Positions 15,282-25,056 of a DNA stretch of 35,768 nucleotides are shown one piece after another. The notes beneath the pieces are model-generated. The model did no database searches, was not told the DNA's origin, and saw nothing but the letters and a program-made list of their open reading frames with translations. The first letter of the stretch is position 1. The number at the start of each line of letters is the position of its first letter. The position numbers and the translations under genes were made by a program. Source of the DNA: a virus (taxonomy: Duplodnaviria; Caudoviricetes); the IMG/VR virus record IMGVR_UViG_3300031473_000144, positions 1-35,768 of that record. One strand, given 5' to 3'.

Positions 15282-16483
15282 GGGCTGTGCGTGGCCTGCT
15301 GCAGCGTTCGAGCCCATTGGAGAACCCCGCCGTCCCGCTGACTCTGTCGTCGGCGTCCGCGTCGGATCTGTGGGGGCCAGGTGTACCGGGTGAGGGTGCG
15401 CCGCTCCGCATCGGAGCGGCGTTCCGGTGCGCGCAGATCATCGCTGGTGCGATCGCTGGGTGCCCGCTGCGGGGCACGAACCGGGACACCCGGGCCCGGG
15501 TGGAGCTCGACGGGCTCCCGGGCACGGACTCAGTGCTCACGCGTTACGGGCTGATCGAGACGACGGTGCTGCACCTGGTACTGCACGGCAATGCGTTCGG
15601 CCGGACGTGGCGTGCCCCGTCGCTGCGGGTCGTGGAGACGGAGCCGCTGCTGCCGACGTCGGTGACACCGGAGGTGTACCGCACGCCCGAGGGGCGCCGC
15701 CGGGTTCGCTTCCTGTACAACGGCGAGACCCTGTCCTCATTGGACGTCTCGCACACCGCGGCCATGAGCCACGACGGCGTGCGCGGGCTGTCGGTGGTGG
15801 CGCAAATGCGCCGAACGTTCGAGCTTGCTGCCGCCGGGGAGCGCGCGGCTGCCACCCTGTTCGACCGCGGCCTGGTGGCGCCGGTGGCGCTGACGACGGA
15901 GGCGCGCCTCGCCCCCGAGGTCGCTGCCGAGATGGAGACGAAGATCCAGGCCCGCCTGTCGGGCACCGATGGGGTCGGCCGCGTCGCGGTGTTCCACTCC
16001 GGGGTCAAGCCGTACCCGCTGAGCATGAGCTTCGCCGACGCGCAGTTCCTCGAGCAGCGGAAGTTCTCCGTCACGGAGATCGCCCGGCTGTACGGGGTTC
16101 CCGGCTGGATGGTCAACGACCAGGAGAAGTCCACAAGTTGGGGCTCCGGCATGGAGCAGCAGTTCACCAGCTTCGTGGTGCTGACCCTCAAGCCGTGGAT
16201 GCAGCGGCTGGAGCAGCGCATCGCCCGTGACTACGTCCAGGACGACCGGGTGAAGGTCGAGTTCGACGCGAACGGCTTGCTGCGGGGCGACTCCCGGGCC
16301 CGCGCCGCCTTCTACAACGCGGGCATCACCGGCGGGTGGCTCGTCCCGAACGAGCCGCGTGCCCTCGAAGATCTGAAGCCCGTGCCGTGGGGCGACGAGC
16401 CGTACCTGATCAACCACGGCGGGACCACCGCTGACACCTCAACCGACCAACCCCAGGGAGCCCCTGATGCCACCATCCAGTGA
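15278..16483 (+). CDS. Portal protein, HK97 family
   Basis: LHGNAF, DAQFLEQRKFSVTEIARLYGVP and LKPWMQRLEQ motifs. Confidence 0.95.
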   Translation: MRAVRGLLQRSSPLENPAVPLTLSSASASDLWGPGVPGEGAPLRIGAAFRCAQIIAGAIAGCPLRGTNRDTRARVELDGLPGTDSVLTRYGLIETTVLHLVLHGNAFGRTWRAPSLRVVETEPLLPTSVTPEVYRTPEGRRRVRFLYNGETLSSLDVSHTAAMSHDGVRGLSVVAQMRRTFELAAAGERAAATLFDRGLVAPVALTTEARLAPEVAAEMETKIQARLSGTDGVGRVAVFHSGVKPYPLSMSFADAQFLEQRKFSVTEIARLYGVPGWMVNDQEKSTSWGSGMEQQFTSFVVLTLKPWMQRLEQRIARDYVQDDRVKVEFDANGLLRGDSRARAAFYNAGITGGWLVPNEPRALEDLKPVPWGDEPYLINHGGTTADTSTDQPQGAPDATIQ

Positions 16484-17228
16484 CGTCGCCGTGCGGGAGG
16501 TCCGGGACCTCGGTCTGAGCGACGCCGGGCTGCATGTCGTCCGGGCCGCCGACGACGCTGTGCCACCCCGCTTCACTGGGCACGCCGCCGTGTTCGACTC
16601 GCGCACCGCCATCGGCAACCCGCTGCGGTGGGGGTGGTACGAGGAGATCGACCGCGGGGCCTTCGCGGACACCCTGGCCGAGCCCAGGGTGTGCATGCTC
16701 GTCGACCACGACACCAGCCTGCTCGTATCGCGGATCGCGGCCGGTGACCTGTCGTTGTCGACAGACGCCACCGGGTTGGCCACCGACTCCGAGCTCGACC
16801 AGGAGCTGAGCTACGTCCGCGACCTCACCCGCAACCTGGACCGGGGCCGCATCACCGGGATGAGCTTCGGCTTCCGCGTCATTGACGACGTTTGGACGAT
16901 CGAGCGGGTTTCGACGAGCGACGGACAGGAGGCCGAGGTCGAGGTCCGCCGGATTCTCAAGGTCGAGTTATTCGAGGTGTCGGCGGTGACGTTCCCCGCC
17001 TACGAGGCCACGGACGCCGGGCTGCGTTCCCTGGCCATCGAGGTCCGCCGGGCCGCTGGCCGGCCGGAGCTCGCCCCGGCCCACGACTCCCCCGCCGCCG
17101 GCGGGGACACCGAGCGCCCCACCCGGGGCTCCCGGACCAGCCACGACGCCGTTCCGGGTGTCGCTGGACACCTGGACCGTCGCGCGTCCGCGCTGTCGGC
17201 CCGCTTCCGACTCCCGAAGGGATCCTGA
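16467..17228 (+). CDS. Prohead protease, HK97 family
   Basis: GHAAVFD, EEIDRGAF, DHD, GMSFGF and LFEVSAVTFPAY motifs. Confidence 0.93.
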   Translation: MPPSSDVAVREVRDLGLSDAGLHVVRAADDAVPPRFTGHAAVFDSRTAIGNPLRWGWYEEIDRGAFADTLAEPRVCMLVDHDTSLLVSRIAAGDLSLSTDATGLATDSELDQELSYVRDLTRNLDRGRITGMSFGFRVIDDVWTIERVSTSDGQEAEVEVRRILKVELFEVSAVTFPAYEATDAGLRSLAIEVRRAAGRPELAPAHDSPAAGGDTERPTRGSRTSHDAVPGVAGHLDRRASALSARFRLPKGS

Positions 17229-18472
17229 TGAACGAGAAGCTGCGCAAGCTGCTCACCCAGCGCGCCGCCGCGTGGGACAAGGTCAAGGAGTTCGACTCCC
17301 GCGCCGCCGACGCCAAGATGTCACCCGAGGATGACACCGCGTACCGCGCCGCCCTCGACGACACCGAGCGCCTCAGCAACGACATCGAACTCGTCGAGCG
17401 GGCGATCCGCCAGGAGGCCGTCATGGGCTCCGCGTCGGCCAACCCCGGCGACAACGACACCACGGACCGCTCCGGCGCCGGCGCCAAGGCGGAGGACCCG
17501 GAGGCCACCTACCGCGAGGCGTTCTCCAGCTTCATGCGCCGCGGCCTCGGCCGGCTGAGCGGCGACCAGCAGCGCGCGATGCAGGACGGTTACCAGGAGC
17601 TCGAGGGTCGCGCGCTGGCCGTGGCCACCGACGCTGCCGGCGGGTACATGGTCCCGAAGGATTTTTGGGACAAGATGACCGAGAGCCTGAAGGCCTTCGG
17701 CGGCCTCATCAACGAGGCGACTGTGCTGCCGACCGGTACCGGCGCCGATCTGTCGTGGCCGTCGAACGACGACACGAACAACACGGGTGCGCTGCTCGCG
17801 GAGAACGTGCAGGCGGGTGAGCTGGACTTCGCCTTCGCCACGAAGATGCTGAAGGCGCACATGTTCACGTCGAAGATCACACGCGTGTCCCTGCAATTGT
17901 TGCAGGACAGCGTGTTCAACCTCGACGCCTGGCTGCCCGTCAAGCAGGGTGAGCGCCTCGGCCGCGCACTGGCGCCGTACCTGATCAACGGCACAGGTGT
18001 TGACCAGCCGCAGGGACTCGTCCCGGGCCTGGCCGCGGTCACCACCGCCACGGTCAACAAGATCACGTTCGATGACCTGATCGACCTCGAGCACGCGGTG
18101 AACTCGGCCTACCGGAACCGCGGCATGTACGTCCTCGCTGACTCCGCGCTCAGGGAGCTCCGCAAGGTCAAGGACACGCAGGGCCAGTACATCTGGCAGC
18201 CCGCGACCGCCGCGGGTGTGCCGTCGGCGATCAACGGCCGGCCGTACGCCATCGACGAGAACATGGACGTCTTCGGGCTCGGAGCCAAGCCTGTGGTCTT
18301 CGGCGACATCAAGCGGGCCTTCATCGTCCGGGAGGTCGCTGGGTCGCAGCTGCTGCGTCTCACCGAGCGCTACGCAGACTTCCTGCAGGTGGGGTTCCTG
18401 TCCTTCGCCCGCTACGACTCGCGGGTGGACGACGCGGCTGCCGCCCGTGCGCTGACGATCAAGGCTGTGTGA
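17228..18472 (+). CDS. Major capsid protein, HK97 fold with N-terminal scaffold (delta) domain
   Basis: Coiled-coil N-terminus, AGGYMVP, LLQDS, NGTGVDQPQG, KVKDTQGQYIWQP, VFGD; TGATG start. Confidence 0.95.
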   Translation: MNEKLRKLLTQRAAAWDKVKEFDSRAADAKMSPEDDTAYRAALDDTERLSNDIELVERAIRQEAVMGSASANPGDNDTTDRSGAGAKAEDPEATYREAFSSFMRRGLGRLSGDQQRAMQDGYQELEGRALAVATDAAGGYMVPKDFWDKMTESLKAFGGLINEATVLPTGTGADLSWPSNDDTNNTGALLAENVQAGELDFAFATKMLKAHMFTSKITRVSLQLLQDSVFNLDAWLPVKQGERLGRALAPYLINGTGVDQPQGLVPGLAAVTTATVNKITFDDLIDLEHAVNSAYRNRGMYVLADSALRELRKVKDTQGQYIWQPATAAGVPSAINGRPYAIDENMDVFGLGAKPVVFGDIKRAFIVREVAGSQLLRLTERYADFLQVGFLSFARYDSRVDDAAAARALTIKAV

Positions 18473-18475
18473 CCC

Positions 18476-18510
18476 CGTTCGGCGGGGCGTGACGAGCGCC
18501 CCGCCGGACG
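18476..18510 (+). terminator. Stem-loop after capsid gene
   Basis: CGTTCGGCGGGGCG-TGACGAG-CGCCCCGCCGGACG. Confidence 0.6.
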
Positions 18511-18558
18511 TGCCCCACCCCATTTCCGTTCCACACCACCGCCTGAGGAGGCAGCGCC

Positions 18559-18837
18559 ATGGCGCAGAGCACGAACACCAGCAAGACCAGCACCACGCCC
18601 GACGTCGACCCAGCCCTGGACGTCTCGGGAGCCACCCCCAGTGAGGTGCCCGGCGCCGCGGGCTTCCTCACTGGCAAGGACACCGAGGATCTGTCCAAGC
18701 GCCTGGGAGTCGCGAAGACTGTCGACGTCGTTGCGGTCGCCTCGGTGCGGACTGACGGCACCGCCGACCAGACGCCGGGCTACGAGAAGATCGCCGGCGC
18801 GGTACAGCGCGGTGGCGAGGTAGTCGAGACCCGGTGA
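18559..18837 (+). CDS. Hypothetical virion-region protein
   Basis: RBS GAGGAGG; position after the capsid gene. Confidence 0.75.
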   Translation: MAQSTNTSKTSTTPDVDPALDVSGATPSEVPGAAGFLTGKDTEDLSKRLGVAKTVDVVAVASVRTDGTADQTPGYEKIAGAVQRGGEVVETR

Positions 18838-19370
18838 TCGTCACAGCCCAGGACCTTCGGGTGCACCTGGGCATCGCCGGGGGGCTGGACGCGGCCAGGG
18901 ATGCCGCGCTGATCCGGTGTTTCGATGTGGGGGTGGCCACGGTGGCCGAATGGTGCGGGCCGCTGGCACCGCAGGCCCGCACCATTCGCCGGGAGGTCAC
19001 CAGTGGGAACCTGCTGTGCCTACGGGTACGGCCGGTGCAGTCCGTGACCTCAGTGGCAGGCGCCGCTGGTCCTGTGGTTGTGGACCTTGACCGCTCGGAT
19101 CTCGGGGCTGGTGTCGTCGCACTGAGGGGCAACCGGGGGGTCGGTCCAGGCGAAGGTCGAGGCGCCACCTTCTACACGGTGAATGCCGTGGTCGGTTGGA
19201 ACCCAACCCCGGAGCCGCTGAACACGGCGGCCTTGATCATCGGCGGGTGGACGTGGTCGACGATCTACCGGGGCGGCAACTACGACGCCGGTGGTGACAC
19301 GGTGCAGCTCGGTGGTTTCGCCGTTCCCAGGCAGGCGGACCAGCTCATGAACCCCTACAAGATGTGGTGA
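18834..19370 (+). CDS. Head-to-tail adaptor
   Basis: IVT..DLRVHL start, GW..TPEPL..AALII and LMNPY end; synteny. Confidence 0.75.
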   Translation: MIVTAQDLRVHLGIAGGLDAARDAALIRCFDVGVATVAEWCGPLAPQARTIRREVTSGNLLCLRVRPVQSVTSVAGAAGPVVVDLDRSDLGAGVVALRGNRGVGPGEGRGATFYTVNAVVGWNPTPEPLNTAALIIGGWTWSTIYRGGNYDAGGDTVQLGGFAVPRQADQLMNPYKMW

Positions 19371-19373
19371 CCG

Positions 19374-19817
19374 GTGGCGATCTTCGTTTCTCGAATGAAC
19401 TCAGTACTGACGGCGATGGTCACCGGTTTGCAGACCGCCCTCGTCGCGGAGCCGCTGGTCAGGGTGCACGACGGACCTCGGGCGTACCTGGACCTGCCCG
19501 ACGACAACATGATGATCGGCCAGCCGCTACCGGACCTTGACGTGACGACCAACCTGCTCGCCGAGGGGCTGTCCCCCCGTTACCGGGAGACCATCACGAT
19601 CCCGGTCATGATCACGTCCAAGGGTGGGGATGACTTGGCGGCCCGCCGCGACAGGGTGCAGGTGATGCTCGGTCACCTCGCCGGGGTGGTCGACGGGCTG
19701 CGCGCACTGGGCGCCGATCCTGTTCTCGGCCCTGACTGCACGTTCGCGCAGGACATCCAGCAGGGCCGCGGCGCCATGGTGGTCATGACGCTGGTGGTCA
19801 CGGTGGTGATCGTGTGA
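19374..19817 (+). CDS. Probable tail terminator/head-tail joining protein
   Basis: Synteny, VHDGP motif and size. Confidence 0.55.
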   Translation: MAIFVSRMNSVLTAMVTGLQTALVAEPLVRVHDGPRAYLDLPDDNMMIGQPLPDLDVTTNLLAEGLSPRYRETITIPVMITSKGGDDLAARRDRVQVMLGHLAGVVDGLRALGADPVLGPDCTFAQDIQQGRGAMVVMTLVVTVVIV

Positions 19818-20266
19818 GCACCCCGCCTCTGTTCCAGCCGCCGACCTTCGCGGCGGTCATCGCCCGGGATATGCGGGCTTTGCCCGAGGCGACGCGGCGG
19901 GCTTTGCGCCCGAAGCTGCGGGCCGCGGGGCAGGCCATCATGCGGGACGCCATGGGCCGCGCATCGTGGTCCACCCGCATCCCCGGGGCCATGCGGGTCA
20001 CCACCAGCTTCCGGCAGGGACGGGAAGGCGTGAAGGTCACGGTGAATGGTCGGATAGCCCCGCACGCCAGGGCGTATGAGGATTTGACCACCCGCGGCCC
20101 CGAGTTCAAGCACCCCGTGTTCGGCCGCAAGGGCGCGCGGGCCATGCAAGCGACGCGGCCGTTCCTGCTGCCCGCCGCACAGGCGGCGGCACCGACCGTC
20201 AATCAGATGATGAGGGACGCCCTCGACGAGGCCGCCCAGCAAGCCCAATCAGGAGGACAACCATGA
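19814..20266 (+). CDS. HK97 gp10-like neck protein
   Basis: APHARAYE..HPVFG..RPFLLPA motif. Confidence 0.7.
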   Translation: MSTPPLFQPPTFAAVIARDMRALPEATRRALRPKLRAAGQAIMRDAMGRASWSTRIPGAMRVTTSFRQGREGVKVTVNGRIAPHARAYEDLTTRGPEFKHPVFGRKGARAMQATRPFLLPAAQAAAPTVNQMMRDALDEAAQQAQSGGQP

Positions 20267-20496
20267 CGACGAAGGCACGCAGGGTAGCCACCGACAAGCA
20301 GATCGCGGACGCCTCCGAGGACGGTGGCTTCGTGTGGATGGAGCACCCCGACATCGGCGCCCCAGCACGAGTACCCGCGGAGGGTGTCCGCCACTACGAG
20401 CAGTCCGGTTGGCGCCTCGCCGGTGAGGCGGGTTCGCTGCGCGACGAGCTCGACGGCCAGGGCGAGACGCCCGCGCAAACCAAGCCAGCCACCTAA
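20263..20496 (+). CDS. Hypothetical protein
   Basis: RBS AGGAGG; MEHPD..HYEQSGW pattern, upstream of the major tail gene. Confidence 0.7.
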   Translation: MTTKARRVATDKQIADASEDGGFVWMEHPDIGAPARVPAEGVRHYEQSGWRLAGEAGSLRDELDGQGETPAQTKPAT

Positions 20497-20528
20497 TCCC
20501 CGCCGCCCATCCCCCGGAGGACTGACAT

Positions 20529-21017
20529 ATGCCCATCGCCCCGTCCAAGACACCCACCACCACCCGGTTCTTCCAGCGCGGCCTGTCGAAGGCCATCTTC
20601 TGCCCGACCATGGTCGACTACAAGGCACCCACGTTCGCGGAGTTGAACGCTGGCACCGACCTGTCCGATGAGCTGGCGGACTGGAACGGGTGGAGCACCA
20701 AGACCAACTTCATCGACACCCCCAGCCTGGGAACCACGTTCGACGGCAAGATCATCGGCACGAGCGTCGCCGACGACTCGTCCCTCACCCTGTACGTGGA
20801 CCGGTTGGGTGTGGACTCGCGGGTGATCCTCAAGGAGGGTGTCACCGGGTTCATGGTGTTCCTCGACAACGGTCTCACCTCCACCAAGGGCGACATCTTC
20901 CCGTGCGCGGTAGGTGGCACACCGAAGCAGCGCAGCCTGTCGGCGGCAACCACCCGGCGGGTGGACTTCGCGATCACCCGCAAGCCCGCCGAGGACGTCA
21001 CCATCCCGACCGTCTGA
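20529..21017 (+). CDS. Major tail (tube) protein
   Basis: APTFAELNAGTDLS..FIDTPSL..KIIG motif; synteny. Confidence 0.85.
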   Translation: MPIAPSKTPTTTRFFQRGLSKAIFCPTMVDYKAPTFAELNAGTDLSDELADWNGWSTKTNFIDTPSLGTTFDGKIIGTSVADDSSLTLYVDRLGVDSRVILKEGVTGFMVFLDNGLTSTKGDIFPCAVGGTPKQRSLSAATTRRVDFAITRKPAEDVTIPTV

Positions 21018-21541
21018 TGAGTCTCCGTGAGCGCCTGCAGGGCCGGGCCCGGCGACGGGCGTCGGTGCTCGTCCAGGTGGAGGACACCGCGACGAGTAGC
21101 GAGCTGCTGGCCGCCGCACGCATCCGGCTGAACAACACCCTTACTGCGCTGGACGATGCGCGGGCCGGTGACGTGGACGAGGAGGATGTGGCCCGCCTCC
21201 AAGCGGAACTGGACCCGCTGCGCGACGAGGTGCAGCGGGCGCTCAATGCACAAAGCGCGTGTTACGCGGCCATCGAGATGGTGGCGCTGCCCGCACCGGA
21301 GTGGGAAGCCGTCGTTGCTGCTCACCCCGCTGAGGGGGACGACCAGTGGATTGATTGGCAGCGTGCGCTGCCGGTGATCCTCGCCGCGTCGTGCGTCGCC
21401 GAGGACCTGCAGGACGAGCAGTGGTGGGGTGAGTTCCTGGCCTCGCCGGCAACCACCGCAGGACAGCGGGACACGTTCCGGGCACAGGTCACCGAGCTGA
21501 ACCTTCGCCCGTTCGATGTGGCGGCCGACCCAAAAGGCTGA
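21017..21541 (+). CDS. Tail assembly chaperone (gpG-like)
   Basis: TGATG start, lies between tail tube and tape measure, ends at the slippery site DPKG*. Confidence 0.8.
   Translation: MSLRERLQGRARRRASVLVQVEDTATSSELLAAARIRLNNTLTALDDARAGDVDEEDVARLQAELDPLRDEVQRALNAQSACYAAIEMVALPAPEWEAVVAAHPAEGDDQWIDWQRALPVILAASCVAEDLQDEQWWGEFLASPATTAGQRDTFRAQVTELNLRPFDVAADPKG
21529..21535 (+). other. Programmed -1 frameshift slippery site C CCA AAA
   Basis: XXXYYYZ heptamer; a -1 shift reads RLSRDPLHAAR in frame with ORF 21568-21885. Confidence 0.85.
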
Positions 21542-21885
21542 GCCGGGACCCGCTGCACGCCGCCCGCATGCGCTACTGCGGCCCCCTCGGCATCCCCCTC
21601 AGCGTCTTCCTCTCCTGGTCGATCTTCGACCAGGATGCGGCCCTCGATTACCAGGGGTTCGAGGCGCGGCGGTGCGGCTCGTGCGGCACGCACCCCGACG
21701 ACTGGGTGTCGGACAGGACCGCGTTCCACGCCGAGTTGCACCAGTGCATGGGGTGCGTGGAAGCCGAACGCACCGCCGACACGCTGCCCGATGATGAGCG
21801 GCCCCGCGGGCTGCAGATCCGGCTAGTGCACGGCGGGGCGGGCCGTTGCCCCCGGTGCGTGGCAGCGACGATCGACCAGGAGTGA
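21535..21885 (+). CDS. Frameshift extension of tail chaperone (gpT-like, Cys-rich)
   Basis: Open -1 frame from the slippery site; CGSCGT..W..CMGC..CPRC. Confidence 0.8.
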   Translation, partial: RLSRDPLHAARMRYCGPLGIPLSVFLSWSIFDQDAALDYQGFEARRCGSCGTHPDDWVSDRTAFHAELHQCMGCVEAERTADTLPDDERPRGLQIRLVHGGAGRCPRCVAATIDQE

Positions 21886-21897
21886 GAGGAGGCGGTT

Positions 21898-24800
21898 GTG
21901 GTGGCGACGAACCTCAACTACCGGATCGGCGTCGACATCGACGAGCTGCGCCGGTCGATGGAGCAGGCGGGGACACTCACCCGGCAGATGGCCCGTGACC
22001 TGGCGGCAGCCCAGAAGCAGCAGGACGCTTCCCGGCAGGCAATCACCGACCTGGGCACCGCGATGGTGGCTTTCGGGGTGGCCGGCGCCGCTGGGTTGGC
22101 CGTGTCAGCGAAGGCGGCAATCGAGTGGGAGTCCGCTTTCGCTGGTGTTCGAAAGACCGTGTCCGGGTCGCCGGAGGAGATCGCCAGCCTGGAGAAGGAG
22201 CTGCGCGGGCTGGCGTTGACGCTGCCGGCGTCGCAGACGGAGATCGCGGGTGTGGCTGAGGCGGCGGGGCAGCTGGGGATCAAGCGTGAGGACGTCGCCC
22301 AGTTCACCAAGACCATGATCAACATGGGTGAGGCGACGAACCTGACCTCCGAGGAGGCCGCCACCGGCATCGCCAAGATGTCCAACATCATGGGCGTGGC
22401 CAGTGGTGACGCCGACCGGCTCGGGTCGGCGATCGTCGCGCTCGGCAACTCCGGTGCCTCCACCGAGCAGGACATTCTGGCGATGGCTTTGCGCCTCGCT
22501 GGCGCGGGGACCACGGCTGGGCTCACCGCCCCCGCCGTGCTGGGTATCGCCTCGGCGCTGTCCTCGGTGGGCATCGAAGCTGAAGCCGGCGGCAGCGCCA
22601 TCTCGAAGGTTGTCATCGACATCGCGCAGGCCGTGCGCAACGGGGGCACCAGCCTCGACGCGTTCGCCGCGGTAGCCGGGGTGTCCGCTGAGCAGTTCCG
22701 CCGGGCCTACGAGGTGGACGCTTCCACCGGCATCCAGAGTTTCGTGAGCGGCCTCGGACGGATCCAGGCGGCTGGCGGCGACACGTTCGGCACCCTCGAC
22801 CAGTTGGGTTACTCCGAGATCCGGGTGCGGGACGCGTTGCTGCGCAGCGCGAACGCGGGCGACCTGCTGACTACCGCGATCAAGACCGGTAATCAGGCGT
22901 GGTCGGAGAACACCGCGCTGACCAACGAAGCCAACGCCCGGTACGCGACCACCGCATCGCAGCTGGCGATCGCCCGTAACGCCGTGTACGACGCCGCGAT
23001 CAGCATCGGCCAGGTGCTGCTCCCGGCGATCGTCTCCGCCACCGAGGTGGTGCGCGACCTCGTGCGGTTCTTCTCCGACCTACCCGAGCCGGTGCGGAAC
23101 ACGGTGCTGGTGCTGGGGATCACCGCGACCACAGTGGGCCTGGTGGGTGGCGCGGCGCTGATCGCGATCCCCCGGGTCCTGGCGTTACGGGAGCAGCTGA
23201 CGTTGCTGACTTATTCAGCGGGTGCTGTGGGTGTCGCTGCGACGGCCGCGTCGCGGGCGATGGGGCTGCTCGGCGGTCCACTGGGCATCGCCCTGGCCGC
23301 GATCACCGTGGGCCTCGGCGTGTGGGCGGCGGCCAGCGGCAAAGCGTCCGGTGCCCAGTCGGAACTCCGGGACCGGGTGAAGGACCTGTCCGCGGAGATC
23401 TTGAAGAACGACGGCGCGATCACCGCGAACACGCGGACCCTCGCAGCGAATGCGTTGGAAGCGACGAAAGTCGGCGACTCGCAAGACTCGGTGCTGAAAA
23501 CGTTTGAGGCCCTGGGCATCTCGACGAAGGACGCTACGGACGCCCTGTCCGGCAACAGTGAAGCGGCGGGCCGTGTGGACGCGGCGTTCGCGAAGCTGCG
23601 CGCCACGTGGAGCGACATCCCCGCCGATGCGGCGGCCGTCGGCGGCGTCGGCGCGGAGCTGGAAAGCCAGTTCACGGCTGCGAATGCCGCCCAGGACGCC
23701 TTCAACGGGTTGGTCGGTGCCCGCAACTCCGACATTGATGCTGCCCGTCGGCAAGCTGCCGCCGCCCAGGACTCGGGTGCTGTGCAGGAGACCAGCGCCG
23801 ACCGGGTGGCGAAAGCATTGGGCATCACCACCGCGGAGGCGGCGAAGCTCGGCGCGTCGCAGGACACCGCATCCAAGTCGTCTGCGGACTCCGCGAAGGG
23901 CCTCGACAAGGTGCAGGCGGCAGCGCTGGACACTGGCAAGGCCCTTGACGACCTGGTGAAAGCCCTCGACGCCTACAACGGGCGTGCACTGGATTCCCGT
24001 GCGGCGCAACGCGACTACATTCAGCAGCTCGCCGACACAAAGCAGCGTTTGGGTGACATCGCCGCGGGAACCGAGGGGTACTCCGCGGGACTGGACATCA
24101 ACACCAAGGCGGGTCGGGACAACGCGGCCGCCCTGGACGATCAGGCGAAGAAGGCGGGTGACCTCGCCGACGCGATTTTCAAGGAGACAGGGTCGGAGGC
24201 GGCGTTCCGCAACTCGTTGACGGCGAGTCGCGCTGATCTGGTGGCGACCGCTGTGCAGTTCGGGATGAATCAGCAAGAGGCGCAGCGCTATGCCGACAAG
24301 GTGTTGGCCATCCCCGCCAACGCGATCACGAACGTGGCCACCCCGGGGTCGCAGCAGTCGCAGGCCGAACTGGCCCGTGTGCGGGAAGCGGCGAACGCCG
24401 TGCCACCCAGCGAAACCGTGAACGTCGGGGTCATCTCCGACGCCGCGATCGCGGCACTCCGCCAGGTGGGGTTCACGGTGACCACACTGCCGGACGGCAC
24501 CGTGAACGTTTCGGCGAACACGTCGGCGGCGAACGCTGCGCTGGCCGAGCTCACCCGGCCGCGCAGCGCCAACATCGAGGTGACCTACACGCTGCCGAAC
24601 GGCGACATCAAGGTGCCCGGCGGGACGCTGACCAAGGCGGATGGCGGGATGGTCCGCTACTACGCGGGCGGCGGTGTGGAGTCCCACGTGGCTCAGGTGG
24701 CACCCGCGGGCGCGTGGCGGGTGTGGGCAGAACCGGAGACCGGGGGGGAGGCGTACATCCCGCTGTCCCCGGCGAAGCGGGGACGCTCAGCTGATGTGCT

Positions 24801-25056
24801 GAGTGATGTAGCCGCCGAGTTCGGCTACACCCTGGTGCCGAAGGGCCGCCCGGTGATGGCCTTCGCGGCCGGCGGCATGTACGCGTCGGGCACCCCGCGC
24901 GCACCGGCCTCCACCGCCGAGGGTCGGACCGTTGTCGCCGAGGGCGGGATCAGTGTGAGCATCGACGCCCGCGGCCGCACCGACCGACCCTCGGATGTCG
25001 CTGACGAGTTGCTGTTCGCGTTGCGCCGCACCAACCGCGGCGGCGTTTACCCGTGA
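21898..25056 (+). CDS. Tape measure protein (TP901-like core)
   Basis: 1052 aa, Ala-rich helical; WESAFAGVRKTV, GIEAEAGGSA and C-terminal WAEPETGGEAYIPL. Confidence 0.95.
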   Translation: MVATNLNYRIGVDIDELRRSMEQAGTLTRQMARDLAAAQKQQDASRQAITDLGTAMVAFGVAGAAGLAVSAKAAIEWESAFAGVRKTVSGSPEEIASLEKELRGLALTLPASQTEIAGVAEAAGQLGIKREDVAQFTKTMINMGEATNLTSEEAATGIAKMSNIMGVASGDADRLGSAIVALGNSGASTEQDILAMALRLAGAGTTAGLTAPAVLGIASALSSVGIEAEAGGSAISKVVIDIAQAVRNGGTSLDAFAAVAGVSAEQFRRAYEVDASTGIQSFVSGLGRIQAAGGDTFGTLDQLGYSEIRVRDALLRSANAGDLLTTAIKTGNQAWSENTALTNEANARYATTASQLAIARNAVYDAAISIGQVLLPAIVSATEVVRDLVRFFSDLPEPVRNTVLVLGITATTVGLVGGAALIAIPRVLALREQLTLLTYSAGAVGVAATAASRAMGLLGGPLGIALAAITVGLGVWAAASGKASGAQSELRDRVKDLSAEILKNDGAITANTRTLAANALEATKVGDSQDSVLKTFEALGISTKDATDALSGNSEAAGRVDAAFAKLRATWSDIPADAAAVGGVGAELESQFTAANAAQDAFNGLVGARNSDIDAARRQAAAAQDSGAVQETSADRVAKALGITTAEAAKLGASQDTASKSSADSAKGLDKVQAAALDTGKALDDLVKALDAYNGRALDSRAAQRDYIQQLADTKQRLGDIAAGTEGYSAGLDINTKAGRDNAAALDDQAKKAGDLADAIFKETGSEAAFRNSLTASRADLVATAVQFGMNQQEAQRYADKVLAIPANAITNVATPGSQQSQAELARVREAANAVPPSETVNVGVISDAAIAALRQVGFTVTTLPDGTVNVSANTSAANAALAELTRPRSANIEVTYTLPNGDIKVPGGTLTKADGGMVRYYAGGGVESHVAQVAPAGAWRVWAEPETGGEAYIPLSPAKRGRSADVLSDVAAEFGYTLVPKGRPVMAFAAGGMYASGTPRAPASTAEGRTVVAEGGISVSIDARGRTDRPSDVADELLFALRRTNRGGVYP

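Noticed and set aside
21898-25056. Muralytic (Rpf/lysozyme/peptidase) domain in the tape measure
   Set aside because: No recognisable catalytic motif by eye; an HMM scan would be needed to exclude it fully.
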